DNA from: Vermamoeba vermiformis
Lineage: Eukaryota
DNA length: 64,000 nt
NCBI GenBank assembly: GCA_045837725.1
Contig: JBEWZL010000282.1
Location: 372,001-436,000, forward strand
Direction of reading: 5' to 3'
Shown: positions 56,249 through 64,000 of the stretch, piece after piece
How positions within the stretch are numbered: position 1 is the stretch's first letter
How the letters are laid out: every line of letters starts with the position of its first letter
Made by a program: the position numbers and the translations under genes
Notes under the pieces: model-generated
Seen by the model: the letters and a program-made list of their open reading frames with translations, nothing else
The model's database searches: none
Told to the model about the DNA's origin: nothing

Positions 56249-56641
56249 TGTGTAGAGTAAATAGAATAAAATGAATTAATTTCACCGGAACTTCGGGACA
56301 ACTGTCTCGAAATGGTTCAGTAACGCTTCGAAATCCCTCAATGCCATCACTCAAAACGGGTGACAGTGGTATCTTTCAACAGAAAAACCTAATAGGGGTT
56401 CTCTCTGCAACAGTTTATAAGTTTGCGCGTCACTTAATGGACAGCAGTGAAGGTTTCAGAAAAAACAACAAGGATCCTTTTCTTAATCATTGCTTTCTGA
56501 TTTGTGGGGCGTTGATATTACTAATCGGTGTACGTCTAAATATCAATTGGTATTTCGTGTTACTACCGTCTTCGCATGGGTACAGTACTGTCCGTATTGA
56601 CATTGTCTAACGTATATTTTTATTAAAAAGGGAATTGTTAT

Positions 56642-57934
56642 TTACAGCAGATTCTGATCGATGTACACGCGCAAGTCAAGCAAGTTCATCACATCAGTCA
56701 ATGTGATGATTCCAACCGGTTTCTTTTCTGTGTCCACGATCCACAATCGATGCACTCCAGTAGCTGCTATTTTCAGCACTACTGTCTCAAATGTCGTGTC
56801 GGGGGTGACAGTAATCGGCGGGATCTTTTTGTAGACGACTTGTTTGTCAATGAATTCGAGCACTGGATCCAGCAGTGAGGGGAAGTTCTCTTGCGACAGG
56901 CCCTTAAGATCAGTCACGGAGAGATTTGCCAACAGCGCGCCATTTCCATCTACGACCGCAACGCCACTCACTTTGTGGAACCACATCTGATAGAAGGCGT
57001 GAATGGCACGCACTTCAGGATTGACGTAAAGAACAGTCTGGAAGCTGTGGAGCAATTAGGCATGGGGAATTAATGACGTACAAATAGGGTGCTAAATAAC
57101 ATACCCGAGGCCAATCTTTTCAATGGTTGTGGTGGCAATGCGACCGAAGTGATTGATGTGTCTGGCGAGGAACTGCATCACAGTGGATTGAGTCACGACA
57201 TGGACCACTTTGTCGTCATCGTCGACTACTGCCGCTCTAAGTGTCAAAATGAGGTCAGTGAGTGTTCATGAGAGTGACACCAAGTGTCAAAGTGTGACTC
57301 GAATAATGCTTACCTGTGTACACCTTTCTTGAATATGAACAATAGGGGAGGCAACATAGAGCTGAGTTTCACCGAGCAGAACGGATTGATCTTCGACAGA
57401 TCTGAGGAAGAAGTAGATCAGATCTGGATCTTCGATTCTATCGTAGTGAAAAACTTACCAACGCAATCTCTAATTGGTTGATGCGCGAAAATTTGGCCCT
57501 TGTACTTTAGTTGTCCAATATCGTGGCTCCAAGTTAACCTAAAAGAGGTTTAAATTTCAGATGAATTTGGATGCATATTTTTGGGATTGAAAGTACCATT
57601 TCTGACCATCTGATATTTCTTTTTCTTCAGTATAGGTTCTTATTACATATCCAAGTATATCAAACATGTCGACAAAGCCGAGGTATTTTTTCTTGATGTC
57701 CGAAATTGACGGATCTTCGACAAGCACGGAAAGCAATTTGTTTTTGGAAAGGACCTGTGGACGATTAATACCAAAATAAAACATGATGTTAATACTTACA
57801 TTAATAGCTTCAGAAATTGTGGCCGTAGCTGGGATTGAAACGATTGGACGCGAAGGACTTTCGCTGATCAATGTTTTAATCGACGTCTCTTCGAGCAATT
57901 GCTCGATCGATTTAGGGTGAGTTATGTTGCTCAT
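56642..57934 (-). CDS. Four-CBS-domain protein (Sds23/AMPK-gamma-like), 6 exons
   Basis: YLGFVDMFDI, KGVHR/AAVV, VSGVAVVD..ANLSVTDLKG and GVHRLWIVD..GIITLTDV. Confidence 0.88.
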
Positions 57935-58150
57935 TGCTTTGTATTAGTGAATGAAATGGAAAAAAGGAACAAGAAATTTTCTTCAATCGATTTCGTTCAC
58001 TGAAAATTCAGGTCAGATCTGGACGCCATGTAGTCAATTTCAAATCAACTTCCTTAGAATTTATGTACATCAAAACTAAATTACAAGTACGACTCAGCGC
58101 ATCCTATATTATAAAATACTATCTCTACAATTAAGTACCTGCATTGAAGA

Positions 58151-60707
58151 TCAAGCTGTGCCCTTACGACGAGCTCTTTTCACTCTCGCTACTCTCTGAT
58201 GAGTCCTTCTTATCCTTCTCTTTGTCAAACACGAGCCACTGAGTAGGAGTTTGAATCATTGTCTTGACATCTTCGCTCAACTCGAGCTGTTTGCGCGTGT
58301 CTGGCTTGATTGAGGGGCGTTCAGGGAAGAAGAAACTCTTTCTCCTGACTGGCAGTCCTGTCTCGCGCTTAGCTGCGCTGTCTGTTCGGTTCAGCGTCTT
58401 GCTGTCCTTGAGACTGTTCTTCTTAGGTTTGCTCTCGGACGACTCATTCGTGCTGCTCTCTGATGAATCACTGGATTTCTTAGCCTAACAAACGCGTTAA
58501 TAAGTTGACACGTGACATCAGGCGCAGCTAAGCTCACTTACTTTGTTGTGATTGTTCACCAGTACACTTTGATAGAGTTTTTGACCATCACGTGAAGCAG
58601 GACTCACGATGAACTCGACGGACTCGGAGCCACGCAAGTTGATCGACTGCTCTGTGCCCGCTTCAGGTGTCAAGTTCTGGAGTGACCGTGACCTCTTGGG
58701 ACCCTTTTTGGGCGAGGATGAGGCCTCAAAACTGCCGCTGTCATCGAGACCAGCTGTTGATGCTGAGAGCGAGGCCTCGAGTTGCGCGGAAAGATCTTGC
58801 TCTGTAAGCGCGTATTGATATCTGTAAAACAGGTAACGTGTCACGTTCAAGTCCTCCGTAAAGGCATAACCCTCTTCTGGCGGCAGGTACTTGATGACTT
58901 CGCTGTAAATTCGCGATATCCGACTCATTTTCTCGTTGTTTACGACACCGTCTACGAATGTTTCCTCTTGTTCTAGTGGAGAATTAGATATTACTTTATA
59001 AGGTAATCAAGCGTACCTTCAACGTGAATGACGTCACGCAGCACGAGTGACACGAATGGAATGCACGGCGCTTTGACCGTTCTGAGCACTTCTCGATAAT
59101 TGCCGTAATTGTGACGTGGATTCATTAAATTACTCGCTTCCTTCAACAAAGCCATATATTTGCTCGGTACAGCCTACACATTTGACATTAGTACTATTCT
59201 TATGTGGTACCCCTGTTTAGTTACGTACTTTCCACTCATTCTGCATGGCCGGCGTTGTGACAATGTGAAGGTTGAACGCGCTCAAAACTTCCATGGCGCC
59301 ATTAAAATTGTTGATTTTGATGAGGTGTTGCAGCACTTTGATGAAGAACACAATCATCATCACTCGCTCTTTGCGCGATCTCCTCATCATAACTTCTGAT
59401 GCTACCCAATAGCTCGTCTAAAACGGGTGGTTAAATATCACTACTTATAAGTGAGGACATGCGTACCTTGTTAAATCGTTCAGAGAATGTGTGAGCTGGC
59501 GGTGAATTTGACCAAAATGACGCTGAATAGGCAACCAGCGGTATTTGCCTGAACAATGCGCTCTATAATAATGCGTGAGTATTATTTCATTTGACTATTA
59601 GCGGAGCGAAGGTACCTCGTGATATGTCATTTGTTCGGCGATATGTGCAGGCTTGGCCTTCAATATAGAATAAGGCGAATTCAGTTGATTGGCCGACGCG
59701 CCTGCTAAAGGCGAGACCACTGGCGTCATCAACCTTGAAATCTCGTCCTAGTGCAATTTATTAATAAATAATTGCTATGACATTCTTGACACGTGTCACA
59801 TAAATTTTTACTCCAATGATCGCCGATTGAATTGTGATACGTGCCGTAGAAATGACATTATTAATGGAGATTACTTACGAATCGTTTCATTAAGAAAACT
59901 GCCCACTGCTTTTGGATCTCATTCTTGTTGATGGTGTTCAGAAAAATATTGTACAGCTCCATCCACTCCTCGTTAATGACGAGTTCCGAGTATCGAAGTT
60001 CCAGCCATTTTTTTATCGCATTGACCACGCTATTAATTTGCTCGTTAGAAACTGAAACACGGGTGCGATCCGGGTAAGATCATACCGAACTTGAATCGTT
60101 GTACGTTTATCATCATTCTCTTTTATTCCGTTTGCATTCTTTGGAACATGGAACCTATAATGATTATATCAGCTTTCAATTCAATAATCATCCTGATTCA
60201 AATTGAATCACGAAATAGAAATTAAAATATATTTTTGCTTTGTGTGCTCGCACGCTGATTACCTTTCCATTAGTAGCTGTAATAATTCGATATCACTGAC
60301 ATAATAATGGTAAATAGAAAAATAACGTTGCACGGTGTCATTCGCTGAGAAAAATAACCGTTAGAAAATTCAGATTCATTTTGGACTTCAATTCTGTCAG
60401 ATTAAAGGAGTTTAAAATGACAAAATGTTGTATATATAGAACTTATATTATTGGTTTTTGGTACGCTGCTGCGCAATTACGGAGATTTTACCAGTTATTT
60501 TTAGATGAAGACATTAGAATTAAAAGAAACGAAAATAATATTCTGCAATTAATTATGCTTACATGGAGCAACGTCTGCATTGCATAATGTCTTTATCATG
60601 CCATCAACTGAATAATCCAGCATTAAACTCCCCGACGATCTCGAGGTATTTAGACTATCAAATCGCTGTGTGCGTGGTGAATTGGTAGGCGTTGTATCTA
60701 TTGACAT
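58151..60707 (-). CDS. RasGEF (REM + CDC25 domains), about 10 exons
   Basis: IQVR/VVNAIKKW, IAEQMTYHE, ERFNK/TSYWVASEV, NNFNGAMEVLSAL and PCIPFVSLVLRDVIHVE. Confidence 0.9.
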
Positions 60708-61086
60708 TATTGTTCGTGATTGATACTGTTAGGCTTGTAAATATTCTGCTGTTATTCAAATCTGACCACGGCAGATTTGAAACCAATTTGTTGCTTGATT
60801 AAATATTATTGAGCCAATGAAGGCATGAATGCAGTTCGCTATGTATGTGGTATTATTCTCGCGAAAATAAACAAACCCGGCATTTTTGTTTTGTGACAGG
60901 CGTCATTCTGATTGCTGTTGAGATTGAGCCCGAAAACGTTCACATTGGTGCCTAATGTTATCTCTAACCAGTAAGTTTTACCATCATATAGTATTTACAG
61001 TGGTTTGCGATTTGAAATATCTAATCATGGATTAAGATCCAAACTAAATCCGGAACGCAAATTTCTTGAACAATATTTAGTACTAA

Positions 61087-62757
61087 TTACAACTTGGCCT
61101 TCAACTTCTGTTCTTTGCCCTTTGCTTTGTCGCCACTAACACCTTTTGCTTCAACATTGCCTACAATGCCAACGACCACTGTAATGTCATCGAGCTTACC
61201 GCCGTTGAAGCGATAACCAGCCTATTAATAGTAATTAATATTCAGACCCAACCACTACTGATGATTGTTTACATACTCGGTTGGCATTCTTAGCGAAAGG
61301 AGACTGTCTTCGCTTATTATTAGCAGCCTAAAGCACACGTGTCAAAGATGGATCTAAACGTTAACTTGAAGTTGTTGCGTACCTGCGAGGCGACTTGCGC
61401 AATCTTTTGCGCCATTTTGTGAGCGATGTCATTGGCACCCTTGTGCTCGGCTAGGGTGGATTGAATAGATTGGATAATATCTTCGTCGAACAAATTGTCA
61501 AACAAGCCATCGGTGCCCAACACTACAATGTCGCCCTCAGCTACTTTAACTCTATGCAACGTATTAGGACCAATAACAAAGGCTACTATCGCGCTAACTA
61601 CGTACTGCTTCACGTCAGCGTGTGACGGTCTGTCTCTGCTTTGCGAGCCCAATTGATAAGGGAAGTTGAAATCGTGTTGTTGCTCTTCTGATCGAAAGAC
61701 AACCTGCACCGAACAGTGGTCAGAGCACGTGATATGACTGAATAGCAGTACTTACGGTGCTGGGAGGTCTCACGACGAGCATTCCTGAGTCTCCCAAATT
61801 GGCCACATATACAGTGTCGTCCTTCAATACTGCTACACATGCAGTGCTGTTGAAGGCGTTAATATTGTCATGAATTCACTCTATGGATGTATATATACGA
61901 TCGTATCATACCTGCTGCCAATAATCTTTTGCGCTGACTCCCATCCGGCTTGCATAATTTTTACTGGATCACGTGTCTTGTTGCCATCAGCTTCCTTTCG
62001 ACAGCCTTCAGACAACTTGACAGCATATTCGCGTGGATCTACGCCACTATCAGCCCAGCCACCGACACCTGCGATGATAATTTGTTAATGGGCTGAACTC
62101 GAATGAGTTTCAACGTGAAGTTCACGCGCTTTTTTGCATCCGATCGTATCCCAGATGCATAATTAATAGGGACATTGCCACAAAATGATAGCACGTACCA
62201 TCGAATACACCGAGCACTGTCTTGTCTTTTGAGATAAAACACGCGTCTTCGCCGCCTTTGTGCGCTTTTTGCGGATGAGGAATTTGGAACTCAGCCGCTT
62301 GCACAAATCCAGCACTTCCATGTTCAGTAGCTGATGTTTCACTCAATTCAACTCCAGTGCTTGGATCTTTTGGGGAATCTGCCAAGATAGAAATATTAAT
62401 TAGTAATTCAAATTTGCTGCCCTCCGGTGATCAAAAATATTATTGGTAGTAAAATTTTTGTAACGGTTGGAATTTTGGATTAAACAGTGCAAAATTATTC
62501 TGTGGATCAAGAGAAAAATATTAATTATTCGTCTTACTAGAATAATTTTGCCAAGCTAACCAAGCGAAGGCAACTGAGGTGGTCACGGCAATGCGATTTT
62601 TAAAAATATTATTGCGTTGCATGACAGGAGTTTGCTTGATCCCACTAAATAAACCAGATTTCTTTGGTGAACTTCCAAAGGTTCGCTTGCTTGCTGCTTT
62701 AGTGAAGAAGATGGTTCTATTTACGACTTGAGTATTCTTAATAAAGCTTCGCAACAT
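61087..62757 (-). CDS. PPTC7: PTC7-type PP2C phosphatase with a mitochondrial-presequence-like start, 7 exons
   Basis: PHPQKAHKGGEDA, GVFD/GVGGW, GS/STAC, ANLGDSG, QQHDFNFPYQLG, TDGLFDNL and GGKLDDITVVV. Confidence 0.92.
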
Positions 62758-62894
62758 TGCTCTTTGTTGTGTTGCTCTATGAAGTCACTTGCAACACGAA
62801 AAACAATTTTTTGCGATCTAATTTTAACGGCCTTGAGTCGATCTCCAGGAATCCATATTCAAGTTCTTGACTATATACAATATCTATACATTGT

Positions 62895-63677
62895 TTACAT
62901 GACAATACATCGTCTGCGTTTTGAAGACTGTGGCGGATCCATTACATCAACCATCTGCCTTACTAGAGTCATATACGCTTCATTAGTCTCATTTTTATCC
63001 CTCGTAGATCCTTCAATGAAAGGAATGCCAAATTGTTTGGCTAGTTCTTCGGCTTGTTGTACCGTTACTTTACGTTCATCAACAAGATCGGATTTGGTTC
63101 CCCAAAGTACGAAACAAGCCTTTGTCACCTCCTTGCCTTCTTCAACAGCCTTTTTTCGAACTTTGTTAATCTCTTGTAGCTTCTCTTCTGCTGCTGTAAA
63201 GCTTTCTGGATCTGTGGTCGAGTACAAGACTAGAAAACCATGTGATTTTGTATAGATTATATTCGTCATTGCCTCAAATTCACTCTACACATTGAATCAG
63301 TTTAACCTATGGTACACTACGGATTTAGCTGAGCTCAGCACTCACTTTGCCTACATCCGCAACGTCGCAAAAATACTGCTTCTTTCCAATATTTACCAGA
63401 TTTCGAGGGCCTTCTGAAATCGTGCATTCATACTGCAAGCGGTTAATCTTCATTTGATAATTTAAAAAATTTAAATAGACTTACTTTTTCAATCACCACA
63501 TTGTTTATCCACATGACCTGGAAAATTTGACCATTAATTTGCTAAATATTTACCTTCATATAAAGTTAACTTCTAGAAAATTTACAACATTGAATTTTTG
63601 TTTCTCGATCCTACCCACGATGAGGTCTTTCCGACTTCTGGACCTCCAACGACAGCAATGCGGAAATTAGTCGTCAT
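62895..63677 (-). CDS. Atypical Ras-family small GTPase domain with CAAX (CIVM), 4 exons; may be the C-terminal part of the upstream gene
   Basis: FRIAVVGGPEVGKT, YECT, DVADVGK/SEF, GFLVLYS, GTKSDL, FIEGS and RRRCIVM. Confidence 0.85.
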
Positions 63678-63767
63678 TTGTGGTCTATACTATTAAGAGA
63701 AAGTACTAAACCCTCAAAAAGACCGTTAGTAGAATAAATATTTTATCCAAATTTAGTAATAGTACAA

Positions 63768-64000
63768 TTACAGTTCAGCTTCAATATCTTCGTTGCCGTC
63801 TGTTCTTAATAATTTCTTCAGTTCTTCGTTTTCTTTCGACAGAACATCCACACGTTCATTCAACTCTTTGACTTGCGACAAGAGTCGTTGAATCTGCTCT
63901 TCATTCGTTTCGTTAGAGTCGATCATAGACATGCCTATAGTTCCTCTCGTAGAAAACTGAGTGCCATTAGTAGTATTGGTCTTGTTGCTGCCCGAGCCAG
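63768..64000 (-). CDS. 3' part of a gene entering from beyond the window end; short coiled coil
   Basis: Open frame ...EEQIQRLLSQVKELNERVDVLSKENEELKKLL...EAEL* with a heptad pattern. Confidence 0.7.
   Translation of the reverse strand, partial: GSGSNKTNTTNGTQFSTRGTIGMSMIDSNETNEEQIQRLLSQVKELNERVDVLSKENEELKKLLRTDGNEDIEAEL

Noticed and set aside
63554..63572. Possible 19-nt micro-exon in Ras intron 1 (AG...AAG/GTAAAT)
   Set aside because: Inclusion shifts the frame to a stop, whereas skipping gives correct G1-G2 spacing.

Overview
Gene-dense, intron-rich eukaryotic nuclear DNA, most likely a free-living protist. Gene content and style are amoebozoan-like, but the taxon is inferred, not proven. 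About 30 spliced protein-coding genes fill the window, with short GT-AG introns (CTAAC/CTGAC-type branch points) and spacers of only about 60-700 bp: MPP-beta, CAP, USP14, dyskerin, ATG9, SCFD2-like, DDX54, U11-48K (SNRNP48), INTS6, DENN-PH, TlpA-like thioredoxin, adenosine kinase, LRR-PP2C, an unknown mitochondrial-type protein, a CaMK-like kinase, RPL23A, CH-filamin, SPATA5, GPI8, a nucleoside phosphorylase, a UBA-SAH tail-anchored protein, BAR-RhoGAP, a purine PRTase, aldolase, PGAP4-like, a CBS protein, RasGEF, PPTC7 and an atypical Ras. I saw no tRNA, rRNA, transposon or CRISPR. Most notable observations: (1) the 12-bp palindrome TGACACGTGTCA and its CACGTG relatives are highly iterated, mostly in introns and often at the branch point; (2) a near-textbook U12-type intron lies in the CAP 5' UTR, in a window that also encodes U11-48K; (3) two genes need a +1 frameshift; (4) MPP-beta may start at a GTG exon; (5) an intron-like spacer could fuse an upstream coiled-coil exon to a degenerate Ras domain. 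All exon structures were assembled by eye; no searches were run.
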